Below the pieces are notes generated by a model. It saw only the letters and a program-made list of their open reading frames with translations, had not been told where the DNA came from and searched no databases. From assembly GCA_001643675.2 (NCBI GenBank), contig LSRY02000052.1, positions 496,001 through 560,000 on the forward strand: a DNA stretch of 64,000 nucleotides, in the 5' to 3' direction. Below, piece after piece: positions 1 through 12,169 of the stretch (the stretch's first letter is position 1; the number at the start of each line of letters is the position of its first letter). The DNA comes from Monocercomonoides exilis PA203. Lineage: Eukaryota; Protista; Preaxostyla. The translations under genes and the position numbers were made by a program.

Positions 1-364
1 GTTAAACTTGTTTTGTCATTTAGAAACTTCAATGCAAAGAAAAGTAATATGAAAAAATATAAATATACATTAAATTGTTCAAGAACTAATTATTAACTCA
101 TTATGTTTGATGCACATTTGATAAACATAGCAAAAATAACTTCGTTTTTTGTTCAATAAATCAAAAATTCGCTCGCAAAACCGAAAAAATTGCATGAACA
201 GTTAAATATTATCTGGAAAAATAGAACATTTCAATGTATAACAAAATTTCACTTGAATTGACATTTTTAAACAAAAGAAGACTTATTTTTAACAAACAAA
301 AAAATGAAAAAGAAAAATTTGTTATGGTTATTTGTCTAAGCAAGTTAGGTTCAGATCACATGAA

Positions 365-3300
365 ATGTTATTAGCAGTCATCTTCTGCTTTTTATCATTT
401 CACATCTCAGAAGATTCACCAACTTTTGAATTGAATGAAAATTATGTTATAACAAAGTCCTCAGAAAACAACTTTTCCAAATCTCAACGAACCGAGGAGT
501 CAAATTCAATATTGGGAAATGGTTTCATTTTCATAAATAGGAGATTTAACATTAATTAATTTGACTTTAATTTTTCAGAAAAGAACATAAACATTACTCT
601 CAAAAATATTGGCTTGAAAAAATACCTTGCCATTAAAGATGGCCTTCTAACTTTTTCGGATGCCCCATTTGTTTGGACTGCTCATAAATTGGAACATAAA
701 GGAAGCACAGATTATTTTTCTCTTTGCCATTCTTCTTTGTGCTTGACTAAGTTTGTTCATTTTCTGTATTTAACATTTCGAACATTTGTATCTTTTTCAT
801 TATTTTCAGAACCGGATTTACTCGTGTTTCTTTAAATCCAAAACCTACACAAATAGCATGGAGATTTACAAAAGTTAATAGACGCTTTCCGTCTTTATTT
901 TTTGTGCACTTTTTTGATAATTCCATTAATTTGTCATCTTTGATCCAAAAAACATACTACCTTTCATCTATTGAAAAATCTGATGCAAATGACATATGGC
1001 AAATATGCAAATTTGATAATGTGATGTCAATGATAGATGCATCACATTTTAAAAAAGAAGATGCTGAATCGAAATTTGATGCATTTATTCCTTCACCAGT
1101 AACATCAACGATGACTTTTACTCCTATGAGCCTTTCTGTTGTTGCAGGAAATCCAATTATCTTCTCTTTTCGTTTAACAAACTCGAGAGGAAAAGCGATT
1201 CCAAAGGAGGAATTTGACGAATTGAGAAGCGAATTTTTACTGGATGTGAAAGGATGCTACGGACTGAATCTGGATTCTGAAGACAACGAGGCAAGCACAA
1301 CAGGAATGCTGCCTATTTCGTATTATGTTGAGGAAAAATCGTCTCCTTCTTCGTCTGTCCTTAAGCTGTCTGTGCATTTGTATGAGGAAGGATGCTTTTC
1401 CATTCAGCCGCTTGTCAAATGGAACATGACAGCCTTGGAGAGAAAAAGAAACATCGATTCACAACAAACGCAAATCATCAATGACGAAATTTCAACTTCT
1501 TCTTTTTCCATCTCTTCTCATTCACACAACTCATCAGCCACACACCAATCACCCAACACAGATGAACTGATCACATCGCTGACACTCCAGCGCTTCCGAG
1601 TGTCTGTCCAGGCAGGTCCCTTGTATGTTGGAGAGAGCCAGTTTTCGAACATTTTCCCGAGTTCATCCGAAAGGGGGATCAAACATACAAATCTTGGCAT
1701 GACGAATGAGATGAAGGCAGAACAGACACAGATGAGGTTGAAGAAGCTGATTGAACAGATTAAAAAATTGAAGCAATTGAAACTGACAAGACGGACGAAA
1801 CAGAATAAAATCACAGCCACTCAAAAGCAAACGAGTAACAATCTAAAAAATACTTCCATCTCTTCTACATCATCATCATTATCATCTTCTTCTATTAATT
1901 CTTCATCTTTACTTGATTCTTTGCATCTGAACAATATCACTTCCACATCCGCATCCACACCCACAGCCACAAAGATACCCGATGTGGAGGCAGGAGACAG
2001 TTTGAGTGTGCGTCTGCTTCTGGTTGACGAGTACAGCAACTTCGTGCGCTGCACAAATGAGCGTATTAATCACTTTTCTGAGCTTGTTTCGTTCTCCTGT
2101 GACAGAGACATTCTTGTTGGTGGAGACAAATCAGATGGAGATATTCAGGCAAATTATGCTTCATCTTCGACTTCATCATCTTCATCATCTTCTTCTTCTT
2201 CTCTTTCTCTTTCCTCCTCTTCCTCCTCTTCCTCCTCTTCCTCCTCTCCTTCAACCAACACATCGTCTGAAGAGCTGTGTGATTCGTTCAGCATCAGCTG
2301 TGACACAGCCACCAACAGGCAGTTCATGCTCTCCTTCCGCACGACACACACAGCACCCAGAGTGAGAGTGAGCATGTGGTACAAGCACACCCCAGAACCA
2401 GATAACATGTCAAATAACATGTCAAAAAATAGCAATAATAACAACAATAGTAATAAAGCTATTCACTTTGCAGATCGACAAGAAATAGACAGAGGAAGCA
2501 CAAAAAGTTCCAAAGAAATTCAATCAAATGATTCTCTTACGCTTGTTCCCATCACATCCAGCAAGCCATTCAGGATTGTTGCCGGAAAGCCTCATCATGC
2601 AGCACTTGTGGGACATGTTGTGGTTGGAGGCAATTCAGTCACTTATGACACTGCTAAGCCTGTCAGAGCACCCATCTCATTTCCTTGCTCATCGCCTTTT
2701 ATGATGTTCTTTTCGTTCTTTGACGCTTTCAACAACAACGTCGATCTCGATAAAGTGATTGCTCCTCATTCATTTACATCTTCCTCTTCCTCTTCCTCTT
2801 CCTCATCTTCAACAACATCTTCATTCTCTTCTGCTTCTTCTTCTTTCTCCTCTTCCTCTTCCTCTCGTCGTGTGTCCAACACAGTTCTTCGTGAGTGTCT
2901 GCATGCGTCGCTTGGACTCCGCCCCCATTTCATGCGCCTGGCAGATGTGACACTCAGCTGGCTGGACAGACAAGGCAGGGCAGAAGTAGAGAGCGCTGTG
3001 AGAAAGATGGGCGATGTCAGTGCAGTCAGCCAGCTCAGCAGTGAGAAGCAGACAGAGCTGGTGGGGGAGATCAAAAGACTGCTGGCAGAGAAGGAGGAGG
3101 AGGCGCTGACGAGGCTGGCGAACAGAAGAGGCAACAGGAATGACTTTGGAGAGAGCGAAGAGAACGACACGATTGTCCTCTGCTGTCTGTCAGAAAGACT
3201 CCTCTTCAGTGGAACTTATCTGTTTGCATTGTTCTCACACACAGTGTCTGAAGAGTACTCAAAACAATCAAATCAAATAAATATCTCTTCATCATATAAT

Positions 3301-6300
3301 GTTTCCTCCTCCTCCTCCTCTTCTTCTTCTTCTTCTCTATCAGAGCAGTCTCAAGTGCTGTCTGTACTGAATGAGAGAGAGAAGCCAGTTATGTTGCCTG
3401 ATCCCTCACTCACCATCTTCTACACAGTCACTCTGATCATCCGCTCTGACCCGCCTCATCCATCACACACAGACCTCTTCCACATCACAGACTCTCTTCT
3501 GCCTTATCTCCCTTCTGACTCCGCTGCTGCCTCTGCTTATGCTTCTTCTTTCTCTTCTGCTTCGGCTTCTTCTTCAATGGCATCTTCGAAGATGTTGAAG
3601 AATAAGCAGACAAGTAATGATATTTCTATTAATAATTCGTCTTCAGCATCTTCTTCTTCTTCCTCGTCTTCTGAAGAGCTTCTTCCTTATTCAACAGTGT
3701 TTGGGATGACTTTGAGAGATAAGTATGAAAATCTGCTGGGCTGCACATACGATGGACTGGAGAACATCACAAATGTGCACATCACATTTGAGAATGCACA
3801 ATTGATGAATGACACTCAATCATCTAATCTGTCTTCATCATCATCTTCTTCTTCAAAACTTAATAAATCAAACATACGTGAATATATTCTTGTTCCCTTT
3901 GAATCTCCACACAAATCCAAAACAAAAAACCTTCAATCAAATCTCACCACAAAAGCAAGGAGATTCCGAATGGCTTCAACACAAACAGACAGCACTGACG
4001 ACACAGTCACATTGGCAGATGTCTCATTTGAGTGTGTTCCTCATCCACTCACACCTTCTCCTCTCCATCTCATCACCCTCAAAACATCTTCTCCAATCCC
4101 TCCAATCAACGAGAATCCAACAACAAGCAATAGAAATTCAAATCTTTCTTCTTCTTCTTCTTCTTCTTCTTCTTCTTCTTCTTCTTCTTCTTCTTCTTCT
4201 TCTTCTTCTTCTTCTTCTTCTTCTTCTCTTCTTCCATCTCCAACCTCTCCCTCAGTCACCACCCGCATCTCCCTCTCCTTCAGCACCGAAGATCCCTCAG
4301 CCAACACGACCACCACAGAGCCCCTTCCCTTCACCATTCTTCCTCTCCCAGCTGATCCTGTGAAGAGTGCTGTGCAGATACCCTCCATGCCAGTCATCCC
4401 AGCTGACCAGACAGTTGCAGTGGATGTGGCACTGAGAGATGTGCAGGGATCACCTTTGACTAGACAGCAGATACTTGATGGACTGGTGGTGGTGATGGTG
4501 AAGGAGAAGGAGAGAACAGACTACGATGCTGAAATGTGGAAGAGCACAAGACAGAGAGGGAGAGGAGCAATTATGAAGAGTGCACAACACTCTTCATCGT
4601 CATTCTCATCCTCATCCTCCCTTTCTTCTTCATTCAATCAAAGCCACAAATCAAGCAATGCACAGTCAAACTCTTATTCCACTTATGTTGGTGTTATTAC
4701 GTTCCATCTGTCATCGAACGATTCGAGTGAAACATTCACTCCAAAATACGAGGCATCTTCGATGGATGCTGGTGTCTATTCAATCAGAGCCACTTGGCGA
4801 GAGCAGAAGATCGCTGGATTCAGAAGCACCATCAGTCAAAATGTGCTGGCTGAGACACAGGGAAGAAGCATGAATGGAAGAAGAGATGGAAAGATTGTGG
4901 CAAAACTGGATGGATATGTGTCTGCCAATGGGAAAGAGAATGAGAATGAATTTGGTGATGATGGAGGCATTTATAGCAAAGATGTTGAGGATGAAGATGA
5001 TCCGATGCTGATCATTTCAGCCAAATTACCTGCTTCCACAAAATACTCTTCTGTTTATGCTTTGTGGGATGTGACACTCGAAACAAAGCAATCAGTTGAC
5101 TTCGAAGTTGAATTGTTTGATGAGCACAGAAACAGATTGTTGATGCCTCGTCTGCCAAATGTGTTCACAGAAAGAACCAAAAATGGAGCAGACAACAAAA
5201 AAGAAGAAGAAGAGGAAGAAGATCCACAAATGAAGCTTGAACGAAATGAATGGAATTATGTGGATGTTTACGCAACACCCTATCGCGACAACAGCGGAAC
5301 GCCTCAGGCAAATGGGCTGAACTTCACTCGCTTCTACACGTATGTCAACTGGAACAACCACCGCGTGCACTTCACAGCACCCACACGCTCATTCCTGCTG
5401 AGTGGAGATTATTGTCTGCATGTGGAGTATCGTGGAGAGCCGATGACGATCTACAAACTTGTCGGCTCAAAAGCTGTGCCCATCACAGACGACCCTGTCT
5501 TCACCATTCACTCAGGCACATTCTCTGCTAAAGTGTCTTCTGTTTCTCTGCCTTCGTCATACAGACTGAACACACAGAGCAGCTATGAGAGAAGAGTAAT
5601 CGATCCACATAGGAAGATAGAGAACAGTGCAACGATGTCATCTACAGTGACAGGAGAGATTGTTGGGATAGACGAGTCACACAGACTGACTGACTGCAGA
5701 GAAGAGGAAAAGCCTCTCTTCACCTTCCTCTTTGGAAACAAGAAGCTCATTCCGAAAGTGACATGTGCTGACAAAGTGTATATGAGCAATGAAGACAAAT
5801 CACCAGCCAATCTTTCCTCACCAGCCTCATTCAATTTAAGTCCTGTTGCTGCCTTTGATGATAACGGAAATCCTCCTGTATATGAATTCACCTTCCCTGC
5901 CAACAGCGTCATTGTTGCCAAGAAGTACCGATTTGCCCTCTGTTATGGCAGAAACACAGTGCCTACCATTCCACCCGATGCGAATGTGGTGGCTGTGCTG
6001 CCTGGCACCCTGTGGCCTGATCTGAGTGAGTATTGGATAGACGATATGTACACTGCAAACAGCTTGCCTGTGACTGAAAGATGCGAGGCAAGTTCAAACA
6101 ACGGAGAATTAACTTCGGAGAATTTGACAATTAAAGAGAATGAATTGAACTTGAATTCAATTATTAATGAATTCGATAGCAATAATAATAATAATAATAA
6201 CAAATTACAAAGTCATTCATCCTGGTTCTCCCGTTTCCGCTCACATAAATTCCGTTCATCATCTGCCACTTCAACTGCACCACAGAAGATATCTAATCTC

Positions 6301-9300
6301 ACCGAAGCGCACAAGAGTAAAGGCATCTACAGCCCCACTTCTCTCATTCTGCGTGTTGGGCAGCCATTCACTTTGCACTTCATCTGCCGCGATCTCTACC
6401 AAAACGACGCTTGTTGCGATGCCTTCAGCGAAATGGGGAAGGAAAGCTTGACGTTTCCCGATGCGACAGAGTTTGGCGGGATGAACTGCACAGTCGAGAA
6501 GAAGTGCAGCGAGGCGCCTGTGGAAGAGGAGGAGGTGAAGGAAGGCATGTGCTTCCAGAACGGAAACGACTTCCCGAACAACTTTGTACACACTTTGAAT
6601 AATTTGAATTATTTCTTTGACTCTTCTTCGAACTCTGCTTCTGCTGCTTCTTCTTCAACGACTAAAGTGTCAAAGATGAGATCAACATCCAACAATACAG
6701 AGAAAGAGAAAGAAGATTCTGAACAGAAGAAAATGCGTTATCAGCTCAAATTGCAAAGAAGCAGAATGCAGATGCTTTCTGAGATGAAGGTCAAAAGAGG
6801 GAATTCTGCAAGCAATTCGATATTCAACATGTCTATGACACCTGGTTTGACTGAAGAAGAGAAGAGGAATGGGATTGATGAAGACATCACCACAACCACG
6901 TTCAAGTGCTATCGGAGTGGAAATTACAATCTTGTTCCCAATTTGAATGCGGTGCAGTTCAGATACAACATCAAAGTACAGCTTCTTCCTGGTTTGTTTA
7001 TCATCATTAATATTATTTTTTATTTATTGATACATTTATTTATTCATAATATTTCTTATTGATTTCTCATAGAATATCCTTCAGCACTGAAGAGCAAGAT
7101 AATTGAACAAGACTTCCCATCTACTTTGAGTCTTGATGATGAAGTGACAATTTCTCTCCAGCTGTCTGACGTGTATGGAAATGCTGCATTGTGCGAAGAT
7201 CTATTCACTGACACTCCAGAAAATAGCAAAGCACATTCATCATCATCTTCATCATTTTCTTCTTCTAAATCTGCAAATGCACATATCTCCTCTGCCTCCA
7301 TCAGTCCATCGTCTGTTGCTGTCTATCTGTCTGAAGGAAAGCCAATTGCAGGCGACGAGCCATTTGGATCGCGCACAGATGTCACTCACAAGTTCTCCTT
7401 CTCCTGCACCTCTCATCTCCTCCTGATGACATCCCGTCCTTCATACATTCTACAGGCAGACAACAAAATCCATCAATCTCTTATCGCAAACAAGTCTGCT
7501 CTTCTGACTCTGTCTGTTGAGCTGGGCAATAAGCCTCTTCTGACAAGTGCTGGGTCTTCTCTTTCATTCACAGTCACTGCAGAGCCTGCCATAACAGCCG
7601 CAGAAGTGAAGAATCCATTTTTGATACCGTCTGTGTATATTCCTCTGGCTGCTGTGTTCTCATTATGCACAATTGGAGTGATAGTACTATGCATTCTGGG
7701 AAGAACGCAAAGATTCCACAAGTATCTTGGCTTCTGCTCGCTGGGGAGCCGAAAGGGGAGTGGGGCAGATGTGGATGATGAGAGCGATGAAGACGACGAA
7801 GAGCAGAGCGAAGAGTTTGTGATTGAAGAGATTGAGGAAGTGATCGAGGTGAGTGACGATGAAAGCGACGAAGACGAGCTGAGTGGAGATGAAGATGCAG
7901 AACTGAGACAGGCACTCATGTCAATCAATGAAATAACTCCTCTTATAAGTGGAAGAAGCAAGAGCAGAAAGGGTAAAGAGAAGCCGAAGCGAAAGGAGGT
8001 CATCAAAAAGACGATTGTGAGGAGAAAGCCCAAACAGAAGCAGACAAAAGTTGTTGAGAACAAGAACAGCAAAGCAGAGCAAAGCCAGCGGGAGATCACT
8101 CTCCTTCATCAGCCAGTAGCTAAGCCACCGCGCAGAATGTGTGGATGCTTCAAATTCAACAGAAAGACTGTTCCATACGCAAAATTGGGGGACACACCAC
8201 AGCCGCCTTCAGAGCTGCCGGCAAAGAAGAAACAGGAATTGCAGTCGAACTGGCATTTGAATCCAGCACAGATCAGACTCATCCGCCCCATCGGAAGAGG
8301 AGCCTCAGGAGAAGTGTTCTACGCAGAGTGGTCGAAGACACCAGTTGCCGTGAAGCGGATCTTCAAGCCAACTGCAGCTGGATCTGAGACAACTAAACAG
8401 GCAGCTTCTTATTCCTCTTCTTCTTCATATTCGCCCAATCGCAATGAGCAATATGCACAAAATGCATCTCTTCTGACCTCAGCCAATGCAGAGCGTCTGT
8501 CGAATGAGGTGATGGTGCTGCAGAGTCTGCATCATCCACACATTGTGCGCTTCTTCGGATTGGCTGAGACATCCACACACATCGCAATCGTGATGGAGTA
8601 TGCAGCCAGAGGGTCTCTCTCTGACCTGCTATACTCGCCAATGGCGCTGCCTCCTCTGCTCCGCCTGCGCTTTGCCTTTGAGGCAGCGTCTGGGCTGGCA
8701 TACATCCACGGCAGAAGGCACCCCATCATCCATCGCGATGTGAAGTGCCTGAACTTCCTGGTGTCTGAAGACATGCACGTGAAGCTGGCTGACTTGGGCT
8801 GTGCGAAAGTGCTGGAATCGCTTGGCCTGACACCTTCTGCCCACTTCTCGCGGGTGGGCACTCCGCTCTATGCAGCGCCAGAGGTGCTGAGGGGCGATCC
8901 TCTCTACACCGCAAAGGCAGATGTGTTCTCATTTGGCGTGTGTCTCAACGAGATCTGGTCACGCACACCGCCATATGTTGAAGCAGTCCTTGGAGAGAGG
9001 AGGAGACAGAGGGAGAGGAAGGACACATACAGCAATGGTAGCAGTAACAGTGGCAGCAGCAATAATAGTGGTGGAAGTGAGCAGACGAGGGAGCATCTGC
9101 AGAAGTGGTGGGAGAGGAACGATGTGATTGCGTCCGAGAAGGAGAAACAGAGCGAAAGAGAAAACAAGTTCAGACAGAAGGAGATGAAGATGGAGGAGGA
9201 GAGGAAGAAGAAAGCAGCCGAAGTGGAGAAGAAGCTGATGAAGAGCAAGCAGATCAGCAGAGGTGTGGTTGATGCCATGAGCACAGCATCACCCCATCTC

Positions 9301-11472
9301 ACTCCTTATGCATCAAATCCTCCGTCGCTCACTTTGTCTCCGCAGCCTTCGCCTGTTGCACCTTCATTCAAACGCAGAAACCTGCTGAATGCTTCGTCCA
9401 GACACAAATGGCAGCAGTATCAGCATCCCATCCAGCCACTTCCCCCTCTTCCTCCTCTTCCTCCCTCAAAAGCTGCTGTTTCATCTTCCAGACACATTTC
9501 ACCTTCTCATTCATCCTCATCAACCTCATCATCTTCTCCAAACTCTCCTTGTTATTCTCCTTCTCAATCTCCTTCACTTTCGCATTCTTCTTCATATGCT
9601 TCTTCTCAATCACCAACACTTGCATACACTCCAGCTATTCCTCCCACTCCTGAAAGTCCATTTTATACTACAACTTCAGATTCTTCTTCATCTTCTGCTT
9701 CTTCTTCAATAAGCTCTTCAACATCATCTTCTTCGTCTTCCTCCTCATCCTCATCCTATTCCTGCTCATCATCATCTTCCTCCTCTTCCTCCTCTTCCTC
9801 CTCTTCCTCCTCTTCCTCCTCTTCCTCCTGCACATACCAGCACTCCTCTCCCTCTGCCACTTCGCTGGCCAACCTGCCCCACGAGATCTGCTTCCACCAG
9901 CGCCGCCCACTCGTCCATCCTTCCACTCCTCCTCGTCTGCGCATGCTGATTGAGTCCTGCTGGCTCCACGAGGCAGAAGAGAGGCCGTCGATGCACGAGG
10001 TACTGCTGGAGCTGAAGGAGATCATCGAAGAGATGCAGGATGCACAGATCGAAGAGCAGAAGAAGCTCCTGCTACTGAGAAAGAAGGAAGAGAAGGAGAA
10101 AGACAGGAGAAACGGGAGAAATGAGAGAGAGACAAATGATTACGAGATTATCGACAGATCAAATGTGAATCATCAGTTTTCAAACACTCAATACAAATCT
10201 ATTTCCTGTCAGCAGCAGTCGAACTACGAAGGATTCCGAAAAGAAGGCACTTTTGACGAAGGAGCCACGACTGCCTCGATTGATGTAGTGCAGTCGTCTC
10301 AGCTACATTCAGTCACACAGATTCCAGCTGCTTCTTCATTCATCACGTCCAAGCGAATGCCCAGACATCCATTTGCATCACCTGCTGGAAATGATATTGT
10401 GTGTTCATCATCATCAGCAGCATCACAATTGACTGCGCAACAACAAGAAATAACTCCTGTTGATCACTCTCCTTCTTCCTCTTCCTCTTCCTCTTCTACT
10501 TCATCTGTAAATCAGGATAATCTTTCTCATCATCTTTCTTTTATTGGTAATAATTGTGACGCAGAGACAGGCTGTGATGTAATTTCTCCAGTTTTAGCTT
10601 CTTATTCCACTTCATTTTCTTCACAGCCTCTTCGCACTCTCCGCTCTGATTCGTCTTTTTTCTTCCAATCGAATGCTACCAATGAAAAGACCAACAAGCG
10701 CCGCCGAAACTCGACTTCAATTACATCTTCATTGAAGTCCAAGTTCCGCACAAAAAGCGAAGTATCAAAAGATGTATCTGATTTGAATGAGCAGAGGATG
10801 CTGATGGCTGGTGTAAATGACGGTGACTGGGATGCTCAGCAGCTTTGCGGAGAAAGGGCAGCCCCGCAGAAGGCAGAAGCAGATGGAGTGTGTTCATCTG
10901 GCGGGGTGGCTCTTTTGCATCAAAGCAGCATGAATACAAACAGAAACATAACGTCTGGTGCTTTGGACTCACAAGAAGTTGAGCAGAGCTATCATTCGAT
11001 GGTTTTATCAAGTAATACTTTTCATTCTATGAACTCTCACAATTTGATGAAGGATACACAGACATTTGCATCTTCATTGCAGTATTTGTCCTCTCCTACT
11101 TCTCCTAATTCTCCTTCTTCACATTCTTCACATTCTTCCTCCTCCTCTCCATCTCTGTCTCCAACTTCAGCTGCCTATTCATCTCCCTTGTCTTCTTCAT
11201 CCTCGTCTCCTTCCTCATCTTCATCTTTGGCTCATTCATTCGTTCAGTCTCCATCAAGAATGTGGGATGTTTGTGAATCACCTTCAGCAAAGAATTCGTC
11301 TCCTCATGTGGATGATAATACATCCAAGCATCCAGCTGAATTAGATGGCGATGATCATTTTACAACTCAGACATTTGAAACAGGTCACCCTCCTTCACTC
11401 TGCAACACGTCTGATCTGCTGCAATATCAGTCTTTGGGGGAGCAATCCTTCGAGACTCACTGTCATTTTTGA
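365..11472 (+). CDS. Receptor-like TKL-group protein kinase, 4 exons: join(365..521,579..750,810..6991,7073..11472), ~3,636 aa. Signal peptide, beta-trefoil-like domain, Ig/filamin-like repeats, TM helix, kinase domain, Ser-rich tail
   Basis: ATG at 365 gives hydrophobic MLLAVIFCFLSFHIS. Three AT-rich GT..AG introns join ORFs 332, 614, 904 and 7126 in frame (10,911 nt = 3,637 codons). TM VYIPLAAVFSLCTIGVIVLCILG at ~7633-7701. Kinase motifs GRGASGEV, VAVK, HRDVKCLN, DLG, GTPLYAAPE, KADVFSFG, CW...RPS. Confidence 0.85.
522..578 (+). other. Spliceosomal intron 1 of kinase gene (57 nt, phase 1)
   Basis: GTTTCA...TTGAC...TTTTTCAG. Removal gives G|AA and joins the 365 frame to the 614 frame, skipping the stop at 557-559. 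Confidence 0.75.
751..809 (+). other. Spliceosomal intron 2 of kinase gene (59 nt, phase 2)
   Basis: GTTTGT...TATTTTCAG. Removal joins the 614 frame to the 904 frame. Confidence 0.78.
4147..4227 (+). repeat. Pure coding microsatellite (TCT)27 encoding poly-Ser
   Basis: Uninterrupted TCT x27, matching the 27-Ser run in the translation. Confidence 0.95.
6992..7072 (+). other. Spliceosomal intron 3 of kinase gene (81 nt, phase 1)
   Basis: GTTTGT...very AT-rich...CATAG. It contains the in-frame TGA that ends ORF 904..7062, and removal fuses that ORF in frame to ORF 7126..11472. Confidence 0.88.
8272..10026 (+). other. TKL-type kinase domain with large low-complexity insert (8977..9864)
   Basis: Subdomains I-IX end at EIWSRTPPY. 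Subdomains X-XI (RRPLVHPSTPPRLRMLIESCWLHEAEERPSM) resume ~296 codons later. Confidence 0.85.
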
Positions 11473-12169
11473 TAAACGCTTGATTACTGTTTAGTTAATG
11501 TTATTATTAATTATTGTTATGATTATTTTTGTTAGTTTTTCTAAATCGCAATTCATTCTTTTTGTGTTAATTTTCAATCAATCTTTTATTTTATTTCTCA
11601 ACATTAAAAAAAAAAAATGATCTGCTTCATAGGGCATATCCTTTGAACAAATTATTGTGCACAGCTTTTTCGCTTTTCAAATTTTTTGAATTCTATGCAC
11701 AGAATAAATAAAAATTTTTATCTTCATATTCGAAAGTTTCAAATGGAATAATCTCAGTGATTTCGAAATATTCTCAAGTGTTAAAAATGATAGTTTGATT
11801 GTGCTTATTTCGAAATTTATCAAATTTTCTGAAAAGAAGAACTTTTGTAATGAAAAAATTGATATTCAAATCGAGATAATAATTGTTCATTTGTTTTCAA
11901 TAGTCGGCACAAGCAGAATATACGTGTTCCTCTCAAATGCGCTTGAAACTTTTAACAATGTTTTATTCTAAGTTGTCAACAATCAACGTCCAAACATCAC
12001 CTTGTGGAAAGAAGTTATTCACAAAAAATGAATTTTTTTGACTATTTTTATTATCAAATAACTGTGTGAGATCAAAAAATTTTGACATAAAACTGTCAAA
12101 GATACTAGAAACAAAAGAAGTGATATCAAACATAAATAACTTGTTTGCTAATTTGGAACACACTTGGAA

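Noticed and set aside
904-7062. ORFs 904..7062 and 7126..11472 as separate genes
   Set aside because: Both lack ATG starts, and the hydrophobic 'tail' of the first is intron read-through. They splice in frame.
2154-10025. Poly-Glu, poly-Leu and poly-Arg ORFs on other frames
   Set aside because: Alternative readings of TCN microsatellites.
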